DNA from: Mobula hypostoma
Taxonomy: Eukaryota
NCBI RefSeq assembly: GCF_963921235.1
Contig: NC_086108.1
Location: 106,642,001-106,706,000 of the forward strand
Direction: 5' to 3'
Length of the DNA: 64,000 bases
Shown: one piece after another, positions 24,490-36,539 of the stretch
Layout of the letters: every line of letters begins with the position of its first letter
Position numbering within the stretch: position 1 is the stretch's first letter
The notes under the pieces: model-generated
What the model was told of the DNA's origin: nothing
Databases searched by the model: none
What the model saw: only the letters and a program-made list of their open reading frames with translations
Made by a program: the position numbers and the translations under genes

Positions 24490-26645
24490 GATCAGACTAT
24501 AAAACAAAGGAGCAGAATTACGTCATTCGGCAGATTTATTCTCCCTCTCAACGCCATCGTCCTGCCTTCTCCTCGTAACATTTGATGCACTGACCAAGAA
24601 CTTATCAACTTCTGTTTTAAATATATCCAATGGGTTGGCTTGCACATAAGTCTATGGAAAAGAATTTCGCAGATTCACCACCCTCTAGCTAAAGTAATTG
24701 CTCTTCGTCCCTGTTCTGAATGGACGCCCGTCTATTCTGAGGCTGTGTCCTCTATTCCTAGACTCTCTGAACGATAGGAAACATCCTTTTCCACATCCGC
24801 TCTGTCTAGGCCTTTCAATTTTGATAGGCTTGAATGAGATCCCCAATTATTCTTCTAAACTCCAGCAAGTAGAGATTGATACTTATCTGAGTAGCCAGGG
24901 CATCAAAGGTTATGGTGAGAAGGTGAGGGAGTGGGACTGAATGGGAGAATAGATCAGCTCATGATAAAATGGTGGAGCAGTCTCGATGGGCCGAATGGCC
25001 GACTTCTGCTCCTTTGTCTTATGGTCTAAGTACAGGCCCAGAGCCATCAATCACTCCTCATACATTAACCCTTTTATTCCTGGGATCATTCTTGTGAGCC
25101 TCTTCTGGATCCTCCCAAATGCCAGTAGATCTTTTCTCGGATTAAGAGACACAAAACTCTCACAATCCTCCAAGTGTGGTCTGATCAATGAGTTGAAAGC
25201 CTCTGCATTACATGTTGGTTTTGTGTTCCAGTCCTCTCAACATGAATGCTAGCATTGCACTTGCCTTCCCTACCACTGACTGAACCTGCAAGTTAACCTG
25301 CAGGGAATCCTGCACTAGGTTTCCCTAGACCCTTTACACCTCTCATTTTTGAATTTTAGAAAATAGTCCTTGCCTTTATTCCTTCTACCAAAGTGACTAT
25401 GCACTTCCCTTCATCTGCCTCTTATTTGCCTATTCTCCCAATTTGTCTAAGCCTTTCTGCAGACACCCTGCCTCGACACTACCTGCCCCTCCACCTAGCT
25501 TTGTACCGTCTACAAATTTGGCCACTAAACTATTAATTTCTTTATCCATATCATTGATTTATACTGTGAAAAGGAGTGGTCCCAACACCGACCTCTGTGG
25601 TACACCACTAGTCCGCAGCAGCCAATCAGAAAATGCCCCCTTTATTCTGACTCTTTGCCTCCTGCTAGTCAGCCAATCTTCTATCCATGCTAATATCTTT
25701 CCTGTGATACCAACGGCTCTTATCTTGTTAAACAGCCTCATGTGCGACACCTTGTCAAAGGCCTTTTGAAAATCCAAGTAAACAACATTCACTGACTCTC
25801 CTTTGTTTATCCTGCCTGTTACTTCCTCAAAGAATTCCAACAGATCTGACAGGCAAGATTTCCCCTTAAGGAAACCATGCCGACTTTGTTTATTTGTCAT
25901 GAGCCTCAAAGTACCCTGAATTTTCATAAGACCATAAGACAAAGGAGCAGAAGTCGGCCATTCGGCCCATCGAGTCTGCTCCGCCATTTTATCATGAGCT
26001 GATCCATTCTCCCATTTAGTCCCACTGCCCCGCCTTCTCACCATAACCTTTGATGCCCTGGCTACTCAGATACCTATCAATCTCTGCCTTAAATACACCC
26101 AATGACTTGGCCTCCACTGCTGCCCGTGGCAACAAATTCCATACATTCACCACCCTCTGACTAAAAAAATTTCTTTGCATCTCTGTTCTGAATGGGCGCC
26201 CTTCAATCCTTAAGTTATGCCCTCTCGTACTAGACTCCCCCATCATGGGAAACAACTTTGCCACATCCACTCTTTCCATGCCTTTCCACATTAGTCTATT
26301 ATCATCCTTAATAATAGACTTCAACATCTTTCCAACCATTGAATTTAGGCAAATTGGCCTATAATTTCCTTTCTTCTGCCTCTCTCCCTTCTTAAAGAGT
26401 GGAGTGACATCTTGCAATTTTCCAGTCCTCTGGAACCATTCCAGAATTGAGTGATTTTTGAAAGATGATTACTAATGCCTCCATAATCTCTTCAGCTACC
26501 TCATTCAGAACCCTGGGGTGTATTCCATCTGGTCCAGGTGACCTATCTAGCTTCAGTCTTTTCATCTTCCCAAGCATGTTCTCCTTAGTAATAGCATTGA
26601 CACTCACGTCTGTGCCCTGAACCTCTTGCATTTCTGGCATTCTGT
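24490..26645 (-). mobile_element. CR1 LINE RT-3' fragment with two nested CR1 tails (+24872-25027; -25925-26290), itself inside a minus SINE (24420-24485 and 26650-26855)
   Basis: SPGPDGIHPRVL, NYRPICL, HGFLKGKSCL, DFQKAFDKV, GVPQRSVLGP; the inner + tail is flanked by AAGTA. Confidence 0.85.
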
Positions 26646-26944
26646 TACTTAACCCCAGCATAACCACAGGAAAATTTACAATGACCAATTACCTACTATA
26701 CGTTTCAAATGTGGGGAGGAAACTGGCGCACTCAGAAGATACCCACGTGGTTCATGGTAAGAGCCTAGAAACTGTTTAAAGGCGGCACCAATATTGAACT
26801 CTGGAACATCCCAGCAGTAATAGTGACGCGCTAACCGCAGCTCTACTGTGGTGGGTATAGATAGGTTGCATTCTGAATCTCCATCATATGGTCTATTTGA
26901 AGCCTTTGTTACTCCCTACGTCACTCTACCATCTTGTTCTCTGA

Positions 26945-27295
26945 GGATTGGCACCTTGTTGAGGTGAAGAGCCTTGTGAGTTCCTGACATCCCAAGAGCG
27001 ATGTCATCTGTAGCCTTGCTCCTGGTGGGGATCTCCATGGCAGTAAGGTCAAGGGAAAGGTTCCAGACAAAGAGTGATCCAACCATGAGGAGCTGGCAGA
27101 AGGTGATGTCACATTGCAATGGCAGTGAAGGCAGAGGAAGCCTGCAGCAGTGAAGGATCCCCAGTCGTCTTGCATTCCATGTCACTGGACCCTGACCCTG
27201 ATCTGTCACAGACTGTGTGGTGACTACCTGTGCATCAGCCTCCACCCACATTAAATAAAGTCACGCACAGGCATTCCTCATTAAGGGAATAATGG
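26945..27295 (+). mobile_element. RTE-type 5'-region-derived element (related minus copy ~63160-63450)
   Basis: GGCACCTTGT..GGTG..GCCTTGTG...CTCCTGGT..CCATGGC.GTAAGGTCAAGGG..GGTTCCAGAC resembles RTE/Expander 5' ends (recognised from memory, no search run). Confidence 0.5.
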
Positions 27296-27299
27296 AGGT

Positions 27300-27932
27300 G
27301 GGAGGAGAAGATGGCGGCGCGATGCAGCACGCGCAGCTCTCCGGTGAAATGATATTGTATTTGTAAGTAGGATACTGTGCACAATTCTGATTTGATGGAG
27401 ACAGATGTGAGAAGCACAGAGGAACATCTGGAGAGATTCCTGAAATGCCCGGTTCGCTGCCGCTGCTACTGTGCGATCGAGAATCTCTGGAGGGAAGGCC
27501 CCAGTATCCCCGGCTTTGCCTGTTGCTGGCGACCAAGGCTGGGGTCGAAGCGTTCAGCAGAGATGGTGCTCGGTACTCGGTGTTGGAGGGCTGATCGGAG
27601 GCTTGAAGTTTTCGGACGACTCAGAGTCGGACGGTGTTCGGGCTTGGCAAGGAGAGTTTTCTTCCTTCTTCCGTCTGCGTGAGATGTGGGACCTTCAAGA
27701 GACTTTGAACTTTTTTACTGTGCCCATGGCCTGTTCTTCATCAAGTTATGGTATTGTTGCACTGTTATAACTATATGTTATAATTATGTGGTTTTTGTTA
27801 GTTTTTCAGTCTTGGTCTGTCCTGTGTTTCTGTGATATCGCACCAGAGGAATATTGCATCATTTCTTAATGCATGCATTACTAAATGACAATAAAAGAGG
27901 ACTGCGTGTCCTCATAATCTAATCTAATCTAA
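27300..27932 (+). mobile_element. Non-autonomous retroposon: AAGATGGCGGC head, (TCTAA)n tail
   Basis: Full-length homolog on the minus strand at 52711-53402; 5'-truncated copy at ~43090-43452. Confidence 0.8.
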
Positions 27933-28111
27933 CCCCTTGGAAAAGCATCGTACTCGACTCGAGTGATCGCATTACTACACTCTAGTTGTTAGATGGAACA
28001 TTTCTGTCTGCTGAGTTCACTGGTAAGAGTACAGAGTGCAGTTTTTTATCAATCAAGATACTGAGTACAGGAATCGGGACATTGTGTTATAGCTGTACAA
28101 GACACTGTACA

Positions 28112-28445
28112 ACACCACCATACTTGAGAAAGCCAACATGAACAGCATCTTCACCACAATGAAGCAAAACCAACTCCAATGTCATCCGGATGCCCAACTC
28201 ACGTCTCCCCAAACAGATCCTTTACTCTCAGTTGAAGCAAGGTCAGTGGACAAAGGAAATGGATCAAAGATAACATCGAATCATCCTGAAGAAATTCAAC
28301 ATTACATCTCAAAACTGGAAAGACATTGTACTCAATAGATATACCTAGATGGCATCTGTTCAAGAGGGAGCTGCACTGCATGGGAACGACCTTTTCTGTG
28401 CTGCAGAGAATGTCACACTTACTCTTGCCTGCACTGCACCAAAAC
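28112..28445 (+). mobile_element. RTE-clade LINE 3' fragment nested in an old CR1
   Basis: LEKANMNSIFTTMKQNQLQ..VIRMPNSRLPKQILYSQLKQG matches the RTE ORF C-terminal motif RMPxxRLPKQILY. Confidence 0.75.
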
Positions 28446-29369
28446 ATGGGGATCTGAGATCGGTCTCTACAGCCACCTAAGGCTGAATCTGTATTAATGC
28501 ATACAGTTCTGGTCACCCTGCTATAGGAAGCATGCAAAAATGATCTACAAGGATGTTACTAGGACTGGAGGGAGAGCTTGAATAAGATAGGACATTTTTC
28601 CCTGAAGCAGGATGATTTATAGAGGGTTATAAAATCAGAAGATGCATAGATGACTCTCTGAGGTCTCTATTTGTCAGGGTCAACCATGGATCTTGCACCC
28701 TAGTCATCTAGATATGCAAGCCAGGCCAGCACTCGCATCTGATGAACCCAAAGGAACGGCAGACACCAATACAGTCTGGCACCAGCAGCATCACAGCAGT
28801 TGTCAGTCAGCATTGAATTCAATGTAGGACTGCCTTAGGAACTCCAACTCTGGATTTTTCCCTCAGGGTTCACTCCCAAAGCCTTCCCCATGAGTGGGTA
28901 GAGCCACAACACAACAGAGGTTTTGAGATCAGAGTTTTTCTTTTCTTAGACGAACTGACAACCATGGCTGATGAGCCTCATCTGCCCAAAGCGACTGGTT
29001 TTAAGGCACCAGTAACTCGGCTTTGCCCCCTTCTCTTGACAGTAGAAACGGTTCCACTGGGCTTAGTAGCTAAGCCACATGTGAAGGTCAGGAGCTGGAC
29101 TTGGTTGTCAGAGACCATTTGAGGCACACACCAATGGGAGCATTTAATATGTAGTGGGAGCTTATCCCCACTATCACCCCCAGCTACGACAACTTTGGAT
29201 GACTAGCCAAAGTCTTTTCTCCACGTTAGTCGATTCCAAAACTAGACGGTAGAGGGAAAAGACTTAAAAGGACAATTGTGTTACATAGATGATAGTGAGT
29301 AATTTACCCTAAGAAGGAGGGATGATTATGTCATTTAAAAGACACTTGGGTCATCACAGTCATGGGGGT

Positions 29370-29680
29370 GGCTTGATGGCATGGCAGTAAGTGTAACTCT
29401 TTACAGCTCCAGTGATCGGGGTTCAATTCCCAATGCTGTCTGCAAAATGTTTGCATATTCTTCCCACGACCACATGGGCTTCCGCTGGGTACTCCGGTTT
29501 CATCTCACATTCGAAATATGTACAGGTTAGTAATGGTATTCTCTGTTGGTGCTGGAAGCATGGAAACATGTATGGGGTGCCCCCAGCACATCCTTGGAAT
29601 GTGTTAATTGTTTTTGCAAAACAGGGCACGCTTCATTGTATGCTTTGATGTTTTGATGTTCGTGTGACAAAAAAAAATCC
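29370..29680 (+). mobile_element. V-domain tRNA SINE
   Basis: B-box GGTTCAATTCCC and V core GGGTACTCCGGTTTCATCTCAC. Confidence 0.75.
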
Positions 29681-30569
29681 TATCAAATCTTTAATCTATA
29701 GTTAGAAAATTTGGGCTCAGAAGTAGCTTTGAGGAAGCCTGTCAGTGCCAGTTTGTACTCCGCCCCCTCCCACTTTCTTATCTGGACTTCGGCCCCCTTC
29801 CTTTCCAGTCCCATTGAAGGGCCTTGGCTTGAAACATGCATAGGTACTGCCTGACCTGCTGCACTTTGTGTGCATTGCTCTGGATTTCCAGCAACTTCTG
29901 AATCCCTTGCTTTGTAGGAAATAATTTTTTCTCTTTCTGCAATGTGCAGACAGTTGCTGGAAATGCTCACCAGGACAATGGACTCAGATCAGGATGGCGA
30001 GACATTGTAATGGCAAGACACTGTGCGGTGATACTCTGGGGATCTGGAGATCAGCAGAAAGAACCTTCTATATCTCCAGCTAATTCCTGGACTGGTCCAA
30101 AATGTCTGGGTCTGACCCAGAGTTAGAGTCAGAATCTTGTAGTTTGCTCTGTTCGTTACTGTATTCAGTTTAATTCATATTACTAGATCTCTTAATTATT
30201 GATCAGATTAGGAAATGCATCCTCAAATGAGACAAACTGCTGTCTGGTAACGTTACTCCAACTTCCATTCCCCTACTGGGATGAGACTATGTCTGACATG
30301 CATGTTAATCAATAAATACATTACTATTGCAAGGATTTATCAAGATATTTCTGACGAGTCCATTAAGACAATTATGTTGAGCAAGCATAATTCAAAAGGG
30401 ATGCTGGTTGGTTCCAGGATTTGTAGTGTTTGAAATGAATAGACCTTTTTATTTAATCTTTGCTGAATTTGGCTGCTTTGGGAGTTTAACCTTGCAGCAT
30501 CTGGAGGTACCATTGCCCGGTTAGAGTGTGTCACGCGCTGGCCGGGTAGAGGGTGAGGCACATTTCTTG

Positions 30570-32345
30570 TTGCTCAAAGTCAAACTATGTGTACCACTGT
30601 GTTACTTGTCTTTATAGGAAAATAAAGGATTACAACAGAATTTAAAAAAAGACATACATAAACAAAGACTAACAAACAATCATTGTGCAAAAGACACATT
30701 GTGCAAATAAAAAAAGAACGATATTGAGAACATGAGTAGTGAAGACAACCTTGACATATTGGTTCAGAGGCCTGATGGTTGAAGGGTAATAACTGTTCCT
30801 GAACCTGGTGGTGTGGGACCTAAGGCTTCTGTACCTCCTGTCCAATGATGGTAGCAAGAAGAGAGCATGGCCTGGATGGAGGGTTTCTTTGACGATGGAT
30901 GCTTCTTTCTTGTGGCAATGCCTCATGTAAATGTTCTCAATGGTGGGGTGTTTTTTTTTCCCTGTGATTGACTGGACTGTATCCACAATGTTCTGTGGAT
31001 ATCTCTGTTCCTGGGAATAGATGTTTCCATACCAGTCCATGATGCAATCAGCTAAGATACTCTCGACCGTGCATCTATAGAGGTTTGTTAAACCTTTCAG
31101 TGACTGCCAAAACTATGCAAACTTCTCCTAAAACAGAGGATCCCAACATTCGTTTAATGCTATAGAGCAAAGGGTCCATTGTCCCCAAGTTGTAAACTCC
31201 TGTTTACAACCAGCAAAAGGAAAGACCCCTGCCACCGCAGATACTCTCTTCTCTTCCATCCCATCAGGCAGCAAGATTCAATTGTCTGAGACCATGTATA
31301 ACCAGGTTCATAGACCATTTCTATCCCACTGATATAAGACTATTGAAGGACCACCTAGTAAAATAAGAATGGATCCTTGGCCTCACGATACCTTGTTATG
31401 AATGTATACTGCCTACACTGCATTTTCTCATTAACTGTAATACATTATCCTGCATTCTGATATTGCTTTCCCTTGTACTCCTTCAATTTTGTGCTATAGA
31501 TTGATCAGGATGAACTAGATGTAAGACAAGTTCTTTCACTGTCCTCTTAGTACTTGTGGCAAATAATAAACCAGTCCTCATTGAAGGATTAGCAGTGGAA
31601 AGTGTGAGCAGTATCAAGTTCCTCGGTGTCAGCATCTCTGAGGACCTAACCTTGGCCCAAAATATTGATGCAGCTACAAAGAAGGCACGACAGCAGCTAT
31701 ATTTCATTAGGAGATGGAGGAGACTAGTTATGTCACCAAAGACTCTTGCAAATCTCTACAGATGTGCTGTGGAGAGTAGTCCAAACAGTTGCATCACCAA
31801 CTCGTATGGAGAGGCCACTGCACAGGATCGGAAAAAGCTGCAGTAAGTTGTAAACTCAGCCAGCTCCGTCACGGGCATCGGCCTCCCCAGCATTGAAGAC
31901 ACTTTCAAAAGGCGATGCCTCAGAATGAAAGCATCCATCATCAAGGACCTCCAGCACCCGGGACATGCCCTCTTCTCATTGCTACCATCAAAGAGGAGAT
32001 AGAGGAGCCTGAAGGCACACAATGTTTTAGGAACACCTTCTTCCCCTCCAACATATTGGTGAATGGACAATGAATCCATGAACATACATCACTACGTTTT
32101 TACTCTCTTTTTTCACTACCAATTTAATTTGTGTATATATATTTATATTTTGTTATATTTATATATGATATAGAATATTTATATAAAATAAGAATCTATA
32201 ATACAAATTAAATTAAATAAGATGCATAATTAAATATATTATATATTTAAATCATAATTTATAGCTTTTATATGAACTGTTGCAAAACAACAAATTTCAT
32301 GACATATGTCGTGAAATCAACACATAATTAAGCTGATTCTGTAAC
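30570..32345. mobile_element. Cluster of Rex1/Babar 3' fragments (-30570-31130; +31210-31570; +31570-32345 with an AT-rich expansion at 32130-32270)
   Basis: HPGHALFLLPSLDRRYRSLRSHTTRFRNSYYP; VESVSSIKFLGVSISEDL...KKARQQLYFIRR. Confidence 0.8.
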
Positions 32346-32495
32346 CGAATTCAAATTCACAATGTACTAATTTAGCAAATTCCCATGCCCTGTTCAGTGG
32401 ATTTTCAATGTGTGCCCAGTCACTGGGGAACACTGTTATGAGAAGACAGCATTGGGAAATCAGGTGGTGAGCCCACCCTTGTCATTTACTGCTAA

Positions 32496-32795
32496 ATTCT
32501 CTGCAGCTGAGGATGTTAGGGCTTGGTAAAGCTCGATGGAGTGGGGATTCTCTGCAGCTGAGGCTGATAGGGGCTTGGTAAAACTCAGTGGAATGAGGAT
32601 TCTCTGCAGCCAAGGATGTTAGGGCTTGGTAAAGTTCAGTGGAGTGGAGATTTTCTTGGTAAAGCTTGGTGGTGTGGAGATTTTCTTGGTAGAGCTCGGT
32701 GATGTGGAGATTTCCTCGGTAAAGCTCGGTTGAGTGGAGATTTTCTGCAGCTGAGGCTGGTAGGGGCTTGGCAAAGCTCAGTGGAGTGGGGATTC
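32496..32795. repeat. Minisatellite (mixed 30-bp and 48/49-bp units)
   Basis: Repeated CTTGGTAAAGCTC.GTGGAGTGG.GATT.TC, with or without TGCAGCTGAGG.TG.TAGGG. Confidence 0.9.
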
Positions 32796-32967
32796 CTTGG
32801 AAAGGAAAAACAGAAACAAGTGAAGTAATAAAGAAATAAAAAGAAAAAAATCAAACGGAAAATTAAAGGAAATGAGGTGTCTCCACAGTGATTTATAATG
32901 GCATGTGTGTCCCTGGAGTTTGGAGCTTGGTGATGTGAATAATGAGAAAATTACATTGTTAACTTAC

Positions 32968-33021
32968 CAGAAGCAACAGCAGTCTGCAGTCTAAGGCACT
33001 TCAGAGAGAGCAAAAGTCCAA
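32968..33021 (-). other. Candidate 54-nt exon (minus strand)
   Basis: Acceptor TTATTTTCCCTGTTGTCTCTCCAACAG and donor G|GTAAGT; the only open frame is phase 1-1: xGLLLSLKCLRLQTAVAS. Confidence 0.4.
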
Positions 33022-33344
33022 CTGTTGGAGAGACAACAGGGAAAATAAGCTGATGGAATAGCAATAAAACAATTTTTTTCCAATGCTGAAACCACCTTTG
33101 GAAAAACTGTTTTGAAGTGGTTTTGGAACTTGTAGCGATCCAGTGACATTTTGTTTAATTAGATACAGTGCTGAATAGGCCCCTCAGCTCAAAGAGCTGC
33201 ACTGCCCAGCAGCCAACCAACCCAATCATAGGACAATATTACAATGATCAATTAACCTACTAACCGGTCTGTCTTTGGATGTGAGAGGAAACTGGAGCAC
33301 GCAGAAGAAACCCATGCATTCACAGGGAGGGCTACAAACTCCTT

Positions 33345-34265
33345 TACTTTACTTTATTCTTGCCAAACAATTGATATTAGAGCATACAATCATCACAGCA
33401 ATATTTGATTCTGCGCTTCGTGCTCCCTGGAGTACAAATTGATAGTAAATATTAAAAATTTAAATTATAAATCATAAATAAAAAATAGAAGATGGAAAGT
33501 AAGGTAGTGCAAAAAAAAACCGAGAGGCAGGTCCAGATACTTGGAGGGTACGGCCCAGATCCGGGTCAGGATCCGTTCACCAGTCTTATCACAGTTGGAA
33601 AGAAGCTGTTCCCAAATCTGGCCGTACAAGTCTTCAAGCTCCTGAGCCTTCTCCCCAAGAGAAGAGGGACGAAAAGTGTGTTGGCTGGGTGGGTCGTGTC
33701 CTTGATTATCCTGGCAACACTGCTCCGACAGCGTGCAGTGTAAAGTGAGTCTAAGGATGGAAGATTGGTTTGTGGGATGTGCTGCGCCGTGTTCATGATC
33801 TTCTGCAGCTTTTTCCGGTCTTGGACAGGACAACTTCCATACCAGGTTGTGATGCACCCTAGAATGTTTTCTACGGTGCATCTATAAAAATTAGTGAAGG
33901 TTTTAGGGGACAGGCCAAATCTCCTTAGCTTTCTCAGGAAAGGCGCTGGTGGGCCTTCTTGGCAGTGGACTCTGCTTGGTTGGACCAAGTCAGGTCATTT
34001 ATGATATTGACCCCGAGGAACTTAAAGCTTTTGACCTGTTCCACTTGCGCACCACCGATGTAAATTGGGTCATGTGGTCCGCTACTCCTTCTGAAGTCAA
34101 CAACCAATTCCTTCCTCTTGCTGACGTTGAGGGATAGGTTATTGTCTTCGCACCATGCCACTAGGTTCTTAATTTCCCCTCAGTACTCAAACTCATCATT
34201 ACCCGAGATACGGCCTACAATTGTTGTGTCATCAGTAAACTTGTATATTGAGTTCAATGGAAACT
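33345..34265 (-). mobile_element. Young 5'-truncated Rex1/Babar LINE, inserted in a minus V-SINE (33160-33345)
   Basis: WCEDNNLSLNVSK.KELVVDFRR, KFLGVNI, FYRCTVENILGCITTWYG, THPANTLFVPL, RFGNSFFPTVIRL; (TAAAG)n tail. Confidence 0.9.
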
Positions 34266-34544
34266 TACTCTGAAGCCTCGAGCTGTCATAGCGTTACACT
34301 GATGTAGGAAGGAGAAGAAGGAGCAGATCTTGAATTCGTCCAGTCAGTAACTTAAGTGCATAGATTACCCACTTTCCAACCTGATCCTCATACCTCCTGA
34401 TTCACATCATGTCTAAAAATCTGTTCATCTTTACCTTGACCCTACTCAACAACTGAGCAAGGTGCAAGAAGTTCTGGAAAACTCCATCCACTTTAATGGA
34501 GAAATTCCTCATCTCAATTCTAAAGAAAGAAGAAATAAAGATTA

Positions 34545-34980
34545 GTACATGCTGGAGTTTAGAGGAATGGGGGAGGGGTGGGTTTCTCATTGAAAACTAC
34601 TGAATATTGAAATGCCTCGATAGAGTGGACGTGGAGATGATGTTTCCTGTAGTGGTGGACTCTAGTAGTCGTGGACTCTAGGACTGGTGAGCACAGCCTG
34701 AGAACAGAAGGAAATCCCTTTAGAACAGAGATGAGGAAGAATCTCTTTAGCCAAAGGGTGGTTAATCAGTAGAATGATTTGGCTGTGGAGGCCAAGTCAT
34801 TGGGTATATTTAAAGTGGAGGTTGATATGCTCTTGATTATTAAGGATATCAACGGTTATGTGGAGAAGGTGGGAGAGCAGGGTTGAGAGTGATAATAAAT
34901 CCACCACGATTGAATGGTGGAGCAGACTCGATGGGCTGAAAGGCTTAATTCTACTCCTGTGCTTTATGATCTTATGGTCA
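34545..34980 (+). mobile_element. CR1 3' fragment
   Basis: Homologous to 66-566. Confidence 0.75.
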
Positions 34981-35384
34981 CCATAAAACACAGGAGCTTA
35001 GCTTTATTTGTCACATGTACAACAAAAGATAGAGTGCAATATGTTGTCTGCGTCAAATCAAAGCAGCAAGGTTTGTGCCGGGCAGATTGTCACACTTCCT
35101 GCACCAACATTACATGCTTACAACGTACTAACTCTAACCCTATTGTCTTAGGAATGTGGGAGGAAACAAGAACATCCAGAGAAAGCCAGTGGCCACAGGG
35201 AGAATGTACAAACTCCTTACAGACAGCAGCAGAATCCAAGCCCAGTCTTTCAGGTGGCTCTGTGAAATGCTGCACTAACTGCTAATCTACCATACGGTCC
35301 CATGTACCCAATTCCTTATCTGAAGTCATTGCCCCATACAAGAGAATCCCAAAGAAGAGCAAACAGCCATTGAAAAGGTCCCCA

Positions 35385-35692
35385 CTCTTGCCTCTTCTCA
35401 ACTGCCTATCACCTGCCCCTGGTGCACCTCCTCCTTCACTTTCTCCCATGGTCCACTCTCCTCTGTTCTCAGATTCCTTCATCTCGAGTCCTTTACCTTT
35501 TCCACCCAACTGGTTATACCTATCACCTTCTAGCTAGTCCTTCTTCCCCTCCTCTCACCTTTTCATTCTGGTGTCTTCCCCCATTCTTTCCAGTCCTGAA
35601 GAAGGTGCTCATCCTGAAACATTGACTGTTTGTTCATTTCCATAGATGCTGCCTGAACTGTTAAGTTCCTCCTGCATTTCAAGTGTATTGCT
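35385..35692 (+). mobile_element. Penelope-like terminus with hammerhead motif at 35591-35628
   Basis: CAGTC-CTGAAGA-AGG..CCT-GAAA-CATT-GACTG followed by GATGCTGCCTGA. Confidence 0.75.
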
Positions 35693-35694
35693 TT

Positions 35695-36190
35695 TGTAAG
35701 GGTTTCTTCTTTTATGTTACTGCTAAGGTGAATAAAATGGCTTCTCTGTACTGTTAACTGCTGAGGCAGTGGTTCTCTATAGCAGCATGTTTGGGTTATA
35801 ATTAGTGATAACTTGTATTCATTTGCTAACCAATTGGGATAGATGTTATTCTTTCTGTCTGTCTGAAAGCTGTTAGCTTGCGCGAGCTTCGGGAAGAAGG
35901 CGCGAGGGGGATGAAGAGAGAAGACGTGGCTTGAGGAGACGATGGCCGGACCCGCTGGGCCTGGACTCGGGGCGGGAGCTCAGGGGTCGACGATGAGCGA
36001 AAGAGGATCAACAAAAAGGAATCCATGAGCTCCAACGTTTGTGCACTGGACATGTTTATAAGATTATTAGTGCTTTTTATTTGTTTTCCTTTTCTTTTGT
36101 TTCTCTACTAACACCATACTTAAATATAAAATCTTAGTCGTTTAACCACACATTATGGACCGAATGTTATTTCGGGGTACTGATGTTACA
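35695..36190 (+). mobile_element. Putative LTR
   Basis: TGTAA...TTACA termini, CCAAT box and CpG-rich core; no TSD found, and the right end could extend to 36279. Confidence 0.45.
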
Positions 36191-36539
36191 CAGGGGACAC
36201 AACACGCAGCATCCACCCAAACAAGAGCGCTAAAGTTTGGCCGGGGAGGGGGCATCACCCCCGAGATCATGCCACTACATGCAACGAGTCTTACACTTTG
36301 AATATCTATCCAAGGACAAAGAGATAAATGCAAAACATTGTATGTTAAACTCCACCATGGACAATCCTAAACCTGGTTGTGAAAGGAGGAGGGCTGGGCA
36401 TGCGTTAGCAACTTCATCCTGTAATAACCCAGAGCTACAGAAATGTCAACAGAAGCTCATCCCTGGGAGAGGAAGGATCTTCAAAAATAAACTACACCTG
36501 GGGACAACATGAAAAACTGGTCTTGGACTAAGGACCAAG

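Noticed and set aside
29950..30010. EF-hand-like peptide QLLEMLTRTMDSDQDGETL after a plus-strand acceptor
   Set aside because: The frame stops within the would-be loop and there is no supporting donor or neighbouring exon; probably chance
32130..32270. AT-only stretch as a regulatory or origin element
   Set aside because: Low-complexity expansion inside a Rex 3' UTR
32496..32795. Repeat array as CRISPR
   Set aside because: Eukaryotic context, no unique spacers and no cas genes; it is a minisatellite
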